64,000 nucleotides of DNA from Raillietiella orientalis (taxonomy: Eukaryota), in contig JAYWIR010000007.1 of the NCBI GenBank assembly GCA_036172245.1, forward strand, positions 1,054,001-1,118,000, read 5' to 3'. Position numbers and translations under genes: made by a program. Of this stretch, positions 52,101 to 64,000 are shown one piece after another (the stretch's first letter is position 1; every line of letters starts with the position of its first letter). The notes under the pieces were generated by a model. It was not told where the DNA came from, did no database searches, and worked only from the letters and a program-made list of their open reading frames with translations.

Positions 52101-53738
52101 TTAGAAAAAAAAAAAAAGGTTTGTAGCCTCTAAAAATCGAAGCTCTGAGCTTATTTATTTAAAACAGTCAATTCAGCTACTCAGTGGATCTTTAACTAAA
52201 TAATTGGGATTTCATACTTCATGCAAGTACGAAAGCCATCAGCGAAATGGCAGGAGAGTCAAACGTAGATTTTTGGAAGGTGCTTTCGATGGAACGAGAA
52301 CGCTTTTGAGACTCCACAGTAGACGCCTTCGTCACGAGTGCATTTTTTCTTCTTCTTTTTTCTCGACCAGTGCATTTTGACTTTGTTTTTTGAGCAGTCG
52401 TTTATTCATTCCTCGTTGCTTGTTACTACATATGAACTTTCGGAGGAGTAATGTTAACTTCCGAACATCGGATAAGTCGAGTACTTTCGTCGGCAGAATT
52501 CGCTGTGTTTCGAGTCCTTTTTATGAAATATTTTGTTGCAATTTTCTGTTGAGTTTTTTTTTTTTTTTTTGTTTTTAAACTCCTTATTCAGATGTGAGTG
52601 TTTCTCAGCTCTTGCGTGTGAGTAAACTTTTGTGTCGCGCATCGCGTTTCTTCACACTAGATAGAAAGCCGAAAGCATAAAACATGATTTCAGAAGTTGT
52701 ACTGATATGTTTCCAATTTCTCTTTATGGTAGTCGTACGCTTTTATGTGCCAACTATGATTTTTGCTTGCATTTCATCAGCCTCCCAGCTGAATTGGGAA
52801 ACGGATCGGTGTGGGTCTTACTGCAGCCTATTTCAAAAAACAAAAACTTGTTAGATGCGTAATACTTCAAGTAATACAGGACATGATGGGTTCTGCCACA
52901 AGGATTCAGCTCTCATCATCATCACATGGTTTCGGTGGATGTTTGTTTTTTATCGAGTGAATACTTTTTGCTAAATACTTTTGTGACAATCCCGATCGCA
53001 TAATTTTTCTGGAAACATACGTAAACGTGTAAACATATGTATCTCTTGATTATTTGATCCGTGTTTCAGGTGGTACTTGTGAGCAAGCGGAACACTGTCT
53101 TGAGCAGGCTGGATCTCTCTCCCTGTACATTTATTTGACTTTTTGGGTGTTATACAATGCATGCCTTTGCACGATGCAAATGCGAATTCTGTCTCCTGTT
53201 TCGTTTTCCAGGAACGAAAGTTTCTGGAAAGAAAGAAAGATGCAAATATTCCTTCTTTATTGTGCATTCAACTTACTGTGTGGTGAAAATGCTTTGCGAT
53301 TCCTCTCAGGCAGATAGAACAAGATTTTAGGGGATCGCAGTACGAAACAGTAGGATTAATCTGAATATGCAAGGAGTGGTTGAAGTGCTACGAATCGACT
53401 CGATGTGGGTGATCCACGAATCCATTTTAAATTTCATTCCCTTACGTTTGTTTCGCACATTTCGAGCTTGTTTTCCAGTGCAATGTAAGAACTGTGTTTC
53501 CAGGATGTCAAAGGTATCTTTGTGGGTTTTATGATTTTGTTTGACAAGTGCGGTTGAGAAGAAGTGTGCTTCCTATATCAAAAGGTGGTGGGGCATTATG
53601 AATAATAAAAACTGCCTTAAATGAACGACGAAAATTTTGAAATCCGCTACTACGAAATAAATTAAGGGAATAAAATCCAGTTTGGGGAAGCTGACATGCG
53701 TCGCGTTTGTAAATTCAAAACGAATGCTTTTTATTTTT

Positions 53739-53740
<2 letters not shown>

Positions 53741-53778
<38 letters not shown>

Positions 53779-53804
53779 TCACACACACACACACACACAC
53801 ACAC
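53741..53804. repeat. Compound (TA)n/(CA)n microsatellite
   Basis: Read directly from sequence. Confidence 0.95.
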
Positions 53805-55771
53805 GTGTACGACTATCCTTTTCATGTAAGTCAATTGTGCTAGCAATTCATTTTATGAAAGCAAATGTACTTATTTATGGTATTATCTATTTTTTTTGTT
53901 TTACTTTTTATGTTTTATTTAGTTTTAAGCAAATTATTTAAATGTGCGTATCGCAAACTTGTATTATTTGAGCGCCGTTTTCCGTTGTAGCATTCCATCT
54001 ATTTCATTCTATCCGCTACACTGTACATTTCTCTACACGTTAGTTTACGGACCGTTTGATTTGAGCATTTTGTACGGCAATGTTTGGGTGTGTTTGTGTT
54101 TTTAATCATTTTCGTAGAACGCCGTTAATGTTTAGATTCTATTCAGTTTTAGCTGAAGGCATGATGCATTAGGAGATGGGAAGACTTTGTTACGATTTCC
54201 TGGCTCCTCCTATCGCCCGTTTTGATTGGCTCCCGAAAGCAAGAATGGCAAATAGTGGTCAAGTGCTCATTTATGATGAGAAACGCTGAGCAACATTTTT
54301 GTGTTAATACGTGGTTTGGATGTGCATCGTGCAAGTGATTTTTAGTTTTTATCTTTGATTGGTTTTTGGCAAATCTCTGAAGACATGCATTTTTTGAAAT
54401 AGGTTTTCAATAGATTGTTTAGTCACGAATAATAATAATAAAAAAAAACTGACTAGTTTGTAAGTAAAATTAACGTTTTCCGTTTCATTTTCTCCCCTCC
54501 GTTATGTAATGCATTCCTTTGTTACTGAATGTAATTTTACTTGTTATTTTGTGTAAGGTTCTTATTCTTTTCATCTGCAATAAACTTTCAAGTTTTCCAT
54601 GGATAGACAGACATTACATTAGTAACTGCGTATCAGCATACAGTAAATAATGGCTTATATTCGAAATAGATTCATAATCAGGAAATTATGCATTTATTCT
54701 CGTTGGTATAAGGTCACTTTGAACTAATATATACATATATATGTGTATATATATATTTATTTATTTATTACATCTTAAAAATCGAGTGGAAGTGATCATA
54801 GCCGAGTCCTTCGCAAAGTATTTACGTCTCTTTGTTTTTTGCCATCAGTTTCACAATCCGGAATTTTTTGATGTGCTCCCCGTCTTCGAACTATTAGAGT
54901 GTGGTTTAGAGTTGTGAACATTGCGGTTTTTGCATTCATGATGCAAATAAATTGATGAAAGTGAACTGAAACGCAAGCCTTTATGGAGTAGTAATACGTA
55001 ATTTCGTGATTATCATATCATCAGAAATCAAAAAATATACATACATACATACTGTTGGATGTATAAGAAGACACTCGATTGGCAATCAAAATTTGCGAGT
55101 TTATGGTTTGAAGATCGGCGAAAATTACATTCTTTTTGGCCATTGGGAAATTTACTCCGTAACTCAGCTTCTCGTTTTTCTTTTGAAAGCATTGGATTTG
55201 TAAATATATATATATTCATAATTCTTAAAAAGATGGGCTGAAACGTAAAAAAAGAAATGTACTTTTGGAAAGTGCGGAACGACTTTTTTCAAACGTGCAA
55301 CACAGAAATTTCTGTGGATTCCTTGAATCTCAACGAACGTGAAAAAAAGCTAAAGAAAAAACGGAATCAAAGAGAATCGAACAACAGTCTAAATAAAAAA
55401 AGTAGGTCAGAAATAAAGATCTACACCATTTAAATCCTCAGAAATAAATGTTTAAATTTAGAAGTCAATTTTTTGGCACGGGGCCAAGCAATGTTTAATG
55501 CAATACTTAAATAATTTGGAGATCCGCTTTTCATTGTTCCCATGCTCGCCGGAGCCGCTCTTCGAAACAATACTTCGTGCGACTCCGTGTTAATAAATGG
55601 GGACAGTCGGCATAGTTTGCAATCGCCGTCCCCCCTATGCCAACTTCACCTTTTCCATTTCATCTTCAGTAGCAATATACAAATTCGTCCGACGTAATGT
55701 GAAGAATTCTTCGCATTCACTTCTTGTTCACTTTGTCGCAGGTGCGCCGATTGAATTATGATGATCCACGT

Positions 55772-55798
55772 GAAGAAGAAGAAGAAGAAGAAGAAGAA
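55772..55798. repeat. (GAA)9 microsatellite
   Basis: Read directly from sequence. Confidence 0.95.
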
Positions 55799-58700
55799 AA
55801 AACAAGTAGCTAATCAGACCATTTTAAGAAAATAAACAAGTTGGGCCCACACCACTGGTTCGTCGTTTTTTTTTTCTTTTTTTTTCTTTTTTTTTTTTTC
55901 CCCTCCCCTTCCTGAATTGTATTCGGAAGAATTTTCGAGTTTCCTTAATTTTTCCTCAAGCCATGTCAGATATAATTGTTTCTTATCGATAATGTTTTCT
56001 CTATGAAATGCATCATGTCAACTTGTATCGGTGGTTTTGCAGATTATGAAGTCTGCTAGCGGAACCAGCGGAAGTAAAAAAAAATAAATCAATCAATGAT
56101 ATTGGTAAAACCGTTTTTAACGTAATTCTGCTGATCTCTGGGATCTGGATCAAGGAACCAGTCTTGTCAATAAGGATCCCAAATTCAATCGTGGACAGAA
56201 TGCAAAGTGAAGTCTACCTGTTAAATGTTGATTTTCAAATCAGATCTTCAATTGTGACCAAGGCTCGTTGCTTGCTTCCCAAAGGATTCAAGTAGGAAAC
56301 GAAAACATTGGATATCCCGAGTCAGAATAAGTAATTTCTTAGACGCATTTGATTTCGATTTGTTTGTTGTGACATTAAGTTGATGAGTTGGATGTTTGCA
56401 AGGCTTTGCCAGAAACTGAGCTCGGATACTATTTTTCAAACACACTATCACTGGTAAACTGCTGGAAGCTGAGCTTGTGCGGTTGTTTTTAAGCGTTCCC
56501 GCCCTTGTAGGATATTTACAGTTGCACAAGACTTTTCAGCTCTTACAGATTGTGTGTAGCTTTGGGAACGTCTACCCAACATTTCATGCCTTGAATTCAA
56601 AGATTTTCTTGTTTTTGTGTTTAGGCATGGCTCGATCTAAGAAGCATCCGTCTCGCGGCCCTTTTCCTTACCACCCTTTTCCTTACCACCAATCAGCCGT
56701 TATTTCATCATCGTGGCCATCTACCACCTTATTATATTGGCTTGCCAGAGTCCATGGAAATGCAGGATACTATGGTATTGAGTCTCTCATAAATCTGCAC
56801 CATTTAATTGATTACATTTTAATTAGCTTACCAATTTAGTATTGAACTTTGTTTTGTATACCTGATTGTTATCCCTTGCTCCTTTCTGCTGCCTTTGATG
56901 CTTTTTCTTGTATCCTGAGCTTTGTTATTCGGATGTCAATCTGAACGTCAATTCTGTTAGTTGTATTCCTTTGAATACAGCGCCTGGTTTTCACTTCCAG
57001 TTTGCTAATGGGGTTTCTACAATTTTAGAACAATGGAGGAAATTTCCAAGCAGAATAGCAAGCAGACTTTCTTGCGACATGTGATCATGTCTGGATCTGA
57101 TTATAACGTAAGACTATGGCTTTGTTTTATTTCTAAATGTTAATTTTTCAGGATCTTATTTATTGAGTTTTGTCTCGAAAAATTTCCCAGTTACATAGTA
57201 TCATACAGTGTTTCTTAACTGGTGGCACCAAGGAACATGTAGCAAATAATGTTGCATAATTTCAATACAATGAGGAACCAGTGTGCTAAGCCAGTATCCT
57301 CGAGGATTTTCAAAGTAATTCAGGGAACACGGTCGTTTTGATGCTCGTCTCTCTAAACGTACACAATTTATGATAAATAATCAACTGATTTTAGGTTGTA
57401 GTTGAAATGGAAAATACAACAGTTGAAATTTTAAATCTTTTGTGAGTAATAAGATTGTGATGATTCCAGGTGAACCCATATGAGATCTGAACCGTATTTT
57501 AGGAAACGGGATCTGTGCTTCAAACACATAAAATAAAGCGTTGACTTCAATTTTGCCATTTTTCACGGTTGCAATCTGATAAGTTTTATATATATAGTTT
57601 TTTGATTGCTTTGTGCTTGTATCAGGTAACTCAGAATAGGTATCTTGAAAGAATACGGTCTAAAAATTTTTTCCCTCTACCCATTAAAAAGTTATCATTT
57701 TATGTAAGCAATTAAAGGCTTCATGCAAGCAACCGTTATGTGCAAAATCGGGATTTCGCGGAAAACAGATTATTCTTGTATACTTAAGATTTAAAGCTGT
57801 AAAATGGTTTTTTTTTTTTTTTTTTTGAAGTTTTCAGTGGCTGTTTTTTTCACTTGTTAGGATTCGCAATCAGAAGCGTGCAAAAGATATTCAAAAACCG
57901 TAATTCTGCTGATAATATTCGTGTCTCTCTATTAACTGTGGGTGTATTAACAATTTTATTTTCTTTTGTTAAATAGTTGATCGAATAAATGAATCTTTCC
58001 CAGTCTATGTTCTTTAGATTCTGTTAGGGAGGAAAAAAAATAAAAAATGATACACTGCAACCGGAATTTGAACCATTTCAAAAATTAAATTTCAAAATTG
58101 TTTCCGAAAAGTAAAGTCTGTATGTATATGATGGAGATAACTTCTCATTTCAGATACACGATTACATTGCAATTAACTTCAAAAAAAAAAACAAAAAACA
58201 AAAAACAAAGAGCTACTTTATAAAGTGGGATTAGAATGAATCAGTCTTTGAATTTGAACTTCATTGAATGAATTGTTCTTAATGATTGAGTTTCCCGTAA
58301 AGACTGCAGACTCTATCGAATGAGACTATTATTTTCTTAGATCGACTACCATAAAAATGGTTGTTGATCTGAGGATTGAATTCGAAATTGGGTTTTTGAA
58401 TCAATCTAGCAATTTTGGGGGTAAGTAAGGTAAATCATAAGAAACAAAAGAAATCGTGGAATCATAAGTTGATAACAGTAACACTTGGTGACTATGTGTT
58501 CAAACACGTTCAATGATATGAAAAAATACTATAACGTAATCTGATAGTGCGCTTTTAAATTACGGATACTCGCGTTTTATTGCTCAATAAAAGTATTTGA
58601 TTATGGTTCAATGTTATCAGTACTTTATCATTATTCAATCTCCTTATGAGGCATTTATAATTCATGCTACTGTGTTTGGAGCTGAATATTTTATCCCACC

Positions 58701-59074
58701 TAATCGGAAGTAATCGTGTTTCTGGGGGGCGAGGTGAAGAGTTGAGTACTGAGAATGTATTAACAAGCAAGCAAATAAGAAACTCCAGAGAAAGTCGAGC
58801 TTTCCCAGTAACTTGGCGGAGAATATAAGCAAAAACGGAGAGAAAACATTTCAAAGTCGTTTCGCATGACGTTAGAGAATTCTTCCTTAATTCGGAATTT
58901 TGTTACATTCCTTTTAGCATGAAATTTCGTTTCATTTACGTTTTCGTACGCAATACATTTTTTCAAATGCTCCTCCTCCCCTCCCAGGATTACTATGTCA
59001 TTCCAAGATTTGAAAAATTTTCCTTCGTGGAACGATGAGGATTAATTCCAAGGATGAAAAACGAAAATAGCAGG

Positions 59075-59076
<2 letters not shown>

Positions 59077-59125
<49 letters not shown>

Positions 59126-59135
59126 CTCACACACA
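59077..59135. repeat. (CA)n microsatellite
   Basis: About 22 uninterrupted AC units, then a degenerate tail. Confidence 0.95.
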
Positions 59136-59472
59136 GTGTCACGTCAATAAAATAAGTAATAACTTTACTGTCTGTTATTTAGGAATAGACTTATGAAAAT
59201 CGCTCAGGAACGATATCTGAAAATCTCGGTTGATTGCGACGTTTACTGCATTTCATAGTTTGCATCACTTTTCTCACCAGAAGCATTACTGATTGTCAAT
59301 TCAATACTTCTCAGAAGTTTGAGTACTCCTGAGACACCCCAAGAGTTACCAAAAGAAAATGTCTTCCTTTTGTTCAAGTGAAAGTCTGAAACGCAACTAA
59401 GATGCAACAACTATTGAAATGCTTTGTGAAATTTTGTATTTCGAATTGGCATTCTTCTCTCAGTCGTGGTGA

Positions 59473-59533
59473 TTAGAATAGAATGTTTAGAATAATTTAG
59501 AATTAGAATTAGAATAGCTGTTTAGAATAATTT
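59473..59533. repeat. Short TTAGAA-based tandem duplication
   Basis: ttagaatagaatgtttagaataattt and ttagaatagctgtttagaataattt, separated by TTAGAA units. Confidence 0.8.
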
Positions 59534-59827
59534 GAAATGCTTCAAGTTGTAATAAGCGTCGTTGAAAAAATATGCTTCAAGATTTCCGAGGTGCATACTT
59601 CCATGATGCATCTTGAAAATTCTGAAGGGTAGGATTTTTGTCACAATTGACTGACCTATGGATAGTCTCATTAGATTTAGTCTCATTCATTTCTCCAATA
59701 CACCAATTGGAGGCGGTCTCGAAGAATGTTTTCTCGTCTAACAGAGTGTTTATGTTGAACATATTTTAAAAGTGTTTTATTTTCGCTTGATTCTTTTCAG
59801 TTGTCACATTCAATATTTGCAGACCGC

Positions 59828-59868
59828 AAGCACCTCGCTAGGCATTTGAAATGCCTGGTGAGGTGCTT
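59828..59868 (+). repeat. 41-nt near-perfect palindrome/hairpin
   Basis: aagcacctcgctaggcattt-g-aaatgcctggtgaggtgctt; 18/20 Watson-Crick pairs and 2 G-U on the + strand. Confidence 0.9.
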
Positions 59869-60244
59869 TAATTATTATGAACTGGTTGAGGTATTATTCA
59901 CTTACATTCTCATCTGGAATGGCAGATGAAATACATGCAGGCGATCAAGCTTCTCATCTCGAATTCCGAGAGTAATGCAGTACGCATAGACTGTCTGGTC
60001 TCTAAGGCATCGCAAAAGTTATATACCATTAGAGTTATGCTTTGACTTTTCTCGAAGCCCATTGCGTTGTATTTCATTCGGTTTTACTTCTAAAGTATTA
60101 GCTTATTGAATTCTAATCACTAAAGTAAAAGGATGATGAAAGTTTCTACTCTAAAATAGGTGACCTTGTCGTATGCGGCTTTGCAATTCCTTGACTTTGA
60201 TTTCCTAAGGAACTTGTTGATAATTGATATGTTCATGATAATAT

Positions 60245-60379
60245 TGATATCAAAAGCAGATGTTCCATAGGGAATTATGCTGGCTTTTGTGGAAATGCCA
60301 ACGTTTGTTCTTCCTCATCTGAAATTCCTTTACAATTTATATCACCCAATACGTTATTGGAATTCATATTCACATTTCC
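60245..60379. repeat. Diverged direct repeat, copy 1
   Basis: tgatatcaaaagcagatgttccatagggaattatgctggc...aattcatattcacatttcc aligns by eye with 61381-61506. Confidence 0.85.
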
Positions 60380-61380
60380 TTTTCAGTTCTTCAATTATTT
60401 TGTGCTAAGATTCTTCAAGTGTTTATTGCCGTAGGCGTCATGTCAGGGAGTTTTAGTTTGCTTAATTGACGCCTCATTGCCTTTTACCAGGTGCAGAGTT
60501 GGTTTCCAACTGAGCCACAATGCACATTATTCATAGACAATAAGTGATTTTGTTTAGAAGCTTTGAAATGCGTTGCGAGAATTCAGCTATTCATAATAAA
60601 TTCTATGTGGGACACGTGAGGATGGAATATGTTTGTACATGAATTTGCGAATTTTATCCCCATGTCTTAACGAAAGAATTTGTTTTTTCTTCTGTACGTT
60701 TTTTTCATGGTTTAAAAAAGATTCAGGTTCATGAATGCATCCACATTGGTTTTCGGTATGGCAATGTAGTGTTACTCTCCCACGAAATGTTTCTCACAAC
60801 CCAGCATGTGAATGCTGAAAGTATTGCATCTGAGGGAATGCCAAAAGTATGACTGAGAATCGGTCGCAGAATGTGCAGAATGTGATTGATAAGATCTCGA
60901 AAAGCACATAATTTTATGGTCTTTATTTTTGAGGACAATATATAGGTTGCAAATTGTCATTTCTGGTGGATCAAAGAAGACTGTTCTTGAGATTGTGACC
61001 ATCACACGTTAGCTTCTTCTTTCTTTTCTCAGAATGATTTGCTTTGATGTCATAAAGCATAAAATACTTCAGGGGTGTCATTAGAGTTAGAAACACTTTC
61101 TTACTTCTCATCGGTGCCAACCATGTAAGGATTTTTATCCGTCGTTTCGTATATCATTTTTAAGTATTCGTTCGAATTGTTAAATATATTGCAGGTCTTT
61201 CTTCAAGTGACAAACATGTCTTTGTTTTCTTTCGATATCAGTACAATCATTTTTTCTTTCTTAGACGTTAGTTTGTGAACTCGAATCGAAGCTAAATGCA
61301 TAATGCTGGAATATTTTTCATATCCCACTGTTCCTAATGCATAATTCCACTTCTATGATTGCTCTTTGAAAATAAATGAC

Positions 61381-61506
61381 TGATATCAAAAGCAAATCTT
61401 CCATAGAAAATTATGCTGGTTTTTGGTGGGAATGCCAAAATGTATTCTTTCTCACCTGGAATTCTTTCATAATTTATGTCATTGAAATTCATATTCAGCA
61501 TTTCTT
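61381..61506. repeat. Diverged direct repeat, copy 2
   Basis: tgatatcaaaagcaaatcttccatagaaaattatgctggt...aattcatattcagcatttct; one ~12-bp indel relative to copy 1. Confidence 0.85.
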
Positions 61507-64000
61507 TGCATCGATTGTGTTTGTTTCAAACAAGTTCCCAATTACACTTACACACGAAGCAAAAAGCACCACATTCACTAAAATTAGTTGGAACATTCGT
61601 CGCCAGTTTACACTTTTTGATATTGAGAAATCCACAAGTACACGACACACTTTGGACGTACAATACATATCTTTCTCTTTTGTTTGGTTTGAAATAGTTT
61701 TCGTTTGCACATCATGAGAGCTAGTCTCATTCTGCATTGCTCTGCAATGAGTCATTTATTTTTCATAACTTTACTGTCAAATACTTTCTAAAAATTAACT
61801 TTGGGCGAGCAGTGTAGAACTATTGGTTTATTATTGGTCTTTTACTCGTTGAAGGAATCTGTATTCTCCTGCATAAAGCAGAGCCATTTCATCTCATTGA
61901 AAAAGTGACATTCGCATTGATTTCCAAACTTGTTCCACATTTATTATTTTTAATTGTTTCATAAGTGGGATGTTGAAATGCTGTACATCTTTTGTGACCT
62001 TGTTTGAATTCTCATTTCAATTCAAGAGATCAAAGTTTTAAAAGCATATTTTTAATTTTCAGTCACTACCTAATTAGTCGGAAGGGAGGAACACTCATCT
62101 CTTCATCTTTTGATATTTGTTGCCTTTTCTGCCCATTAAGGATGGAAGTTCGTCACTTTCACTCCCTCTACAGTTTGCAAAGAGGAGTTTTCTGTCAGTA
62201 TCAGGTGATGTGAACGTTCCTTTAGTTTTGTTTTCAAAACTATTTGTAAAGTTTTTATTCACTTTTGATTTTGTTTAAACTTGCAGATGGAAGCTTGAAT
62301 GGTGATCGAGTACTGAAATCCACCAATTCATTAGATCTTCCCATTTTAAACCTCGTTCTAAAAATCGCACCTCCTCTCTTTTTTTTTTTTTTTTCCTAGT
62401 ATTTTTCCATATTTCCGTCTTTAGCTAGTTTCTGTTAGGGGAGGGGATCAATGCTGCATAGACTTTGCTTACCATCGGCAAAGGCAAATGCCCTAGCTAG
62501 CCAAACCGATCTGATCGCTGTCTGTCGAGGCTGGCTATTGCATTTCGATCAGTTCATTGTAATTTTTTTAGATTTTCCAACCAGTGAAAGTCAAAAGTAA
62601 GAGTCTGGTTGCATGCGATTTTAAATTAATTATTTTTCAGCTGTAGCATTTCATTAGTTTCACGCGTTTTTTCACATTGTATCAATAATTCTAAATGCAC
62701 TGTAAAGAAAGGAATAGAAGTAGATAAACCGTTGTTTTAGAGTGTCCAAAGTTTATATGCTGCGTCCATAAACTTTGAAACATTGTGAAGGAATGCAAGT
62801 CATGATTCTCAAACCATGCATTTCAAATAAACTTATGCAAACAGAAAGCATCCATAGTGTTTCTGATGTAAGCAATTTATGGTAAAACGTCATGGACTTG
62901 AAGATAACCATGTATTCGTGAATTTTCAAGATTGCATAGCATGTTTCATTTTTGCTTTTCTTCTCCCCCGTTTTTCAGATGAAGCAGAAGACATTTCAAT
63001 GCTACTTTGCAGTTATTTTTCATTCCCTTAAATATTTTTCGTTGTAATCTCCTGAGATTTTTGGATAAAGTTTTTTCTTCAGTCGTATGACATTAGATAG
63101 GAAAAAACAAAAACAAAATCTATGCCTTATGCCATATTTTTAGTTGGGAGGATAGAAATCTAGTGGCATGTTCAGACTATTATTTATTTAATCGATACAG
63201 TAATTCTTATAATATGATGGCATAACATTACCCCTTTTCATCGTTAAACGATTTTGTATACCAGGATTCGTGGCATTTTGTGATGTTAACTTTCAAATAA
63301 TGAAAGCTTTCATGGCTCAACGAACTTTGGAGTCAGCGATCCTTTAATCAGCTATCTTGAAATAATAGTATTCGTTCTATTCACAGTGATTTACTCGATT
63401 TTCATATGCTTTAGTAATTAAAAAAGAATACTGACTCGCTATTGCAGTGTTATGATTAACACATTGTTTTATAATGTTTCTAAAACAAAATCCAGGAAAA
63501 TTTATGCGTCTTTTGACAAATCGAATCATTCATAAACCTCAGATGGTTGTTGTTGTTTTTTTTTCTATTAGTGTTTTCTGTTATCTCTTTTAGATTCATT
63601 TTCGTTTTGTTATCCATTATATTAGCCAAGTCACATGGATGTCGAATGATTAAGAAGTGGCATATGGTATAGCATTTTGCTACTGTTGAACTGTTTATCT
63701 GTAGGGAGTGGGAGACCTTTCTTTTGATTAGAGATGATTCTGTCAAAATTTAGAGAGTGCATAAGAGTGTTGTTAATCCAAAATGAAGCAAAGTCAGGTA
63801 TTGCAGTGTTATTTTTGATCTAACTGATCCTTTTTTTTTAAGGTGGAGATATGCTTCAGAGCTCGTTGTGCAAAATGCCTGCTAGATAAAAAGGAAAAAA
63901 AAGAAAAGAAAAGCAATTTCCTTGCAAAAAAGGTAGGAAATGCGGGTTCAAGATAGATTTTCAGATCAGCAAACTGAAGAGCAAAGATGTAAATTTTTGA

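Larger units (their letters stand above)
26100..64000. other. AT-rich non-coding sequence, probably one or more long introns or intergenic DNA
   Basis: Longest ORF is ~150 aa and none is protein-like. Many A/T homopolymers and microsatellites. The AG acceptor-like sites I checked gave no convincing open exon. Confidence 0.75.

Noticed and set aside
55742..55813. Exon VRRLNYDDPREEEEEEEEEKTSS after a CAG acceptor-like site
   Set aside because: The acidic run is only the (GAA)9 microsatellite; a stop follows and there is no good donor
59473..59533. Telomere-like repeat
   Set aside because: The unit is TTAGAA rather than TTAGG or TTAGGG, and the array is only ~60 bp
62692..62701. miR-277-like start TAAATGCACT
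   Set aside because: The match is limited to the first 10 nt and I see no precursor hairpin

Overview
This is eukaryotic, essentially non-coding DNA. It most resembles a large-genome invertebrate animal, which is an inference from composition, microsatellites and GT-AG splice-like signals, not from any gene hit. I recognise no protein-coding gene, rRNA, tRNA, known miRNA, transposase or CRISPR array. The window has three parts. (1) An AT-rich left flank (1 to ~6.4 kb). (2) A very long GC/CpG-rich domain (~6.4-26.1 kb; spot counts 58-82% GC) that rises gradually on the left and drops within about 1 kb on the right. (3) About 38 kb of AT-rich, intron-like sequence (spot counts 25-27% GC). The many 100-400 aa ORFs in the GC domain are overlapping, R/P/G/S/A-rich and look like by-products of stop-codon scarcity. 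The domain instead carries clusters of CpG-island-type promoter motifs: CRE TGACGTCA x3, an ETS-CRE overlap, GTCACGTGAY x3, NRF1 and RFX X-boxes. Several short ATG-to-splice-donor segments lie among them, suggesting a multi-promoter 5' region of a gene whose main exons lie outside the window. The clearest discrete structures in the AT-rich part are a 320-bp near-perfect foldback (36071-36390), a fully pairing 41-nt hairpin (59828-59868) and a diverged ~130-bp direct repeat pair (60245, 61381). The sequence alone does not establish a new biological system; the findings are leads.
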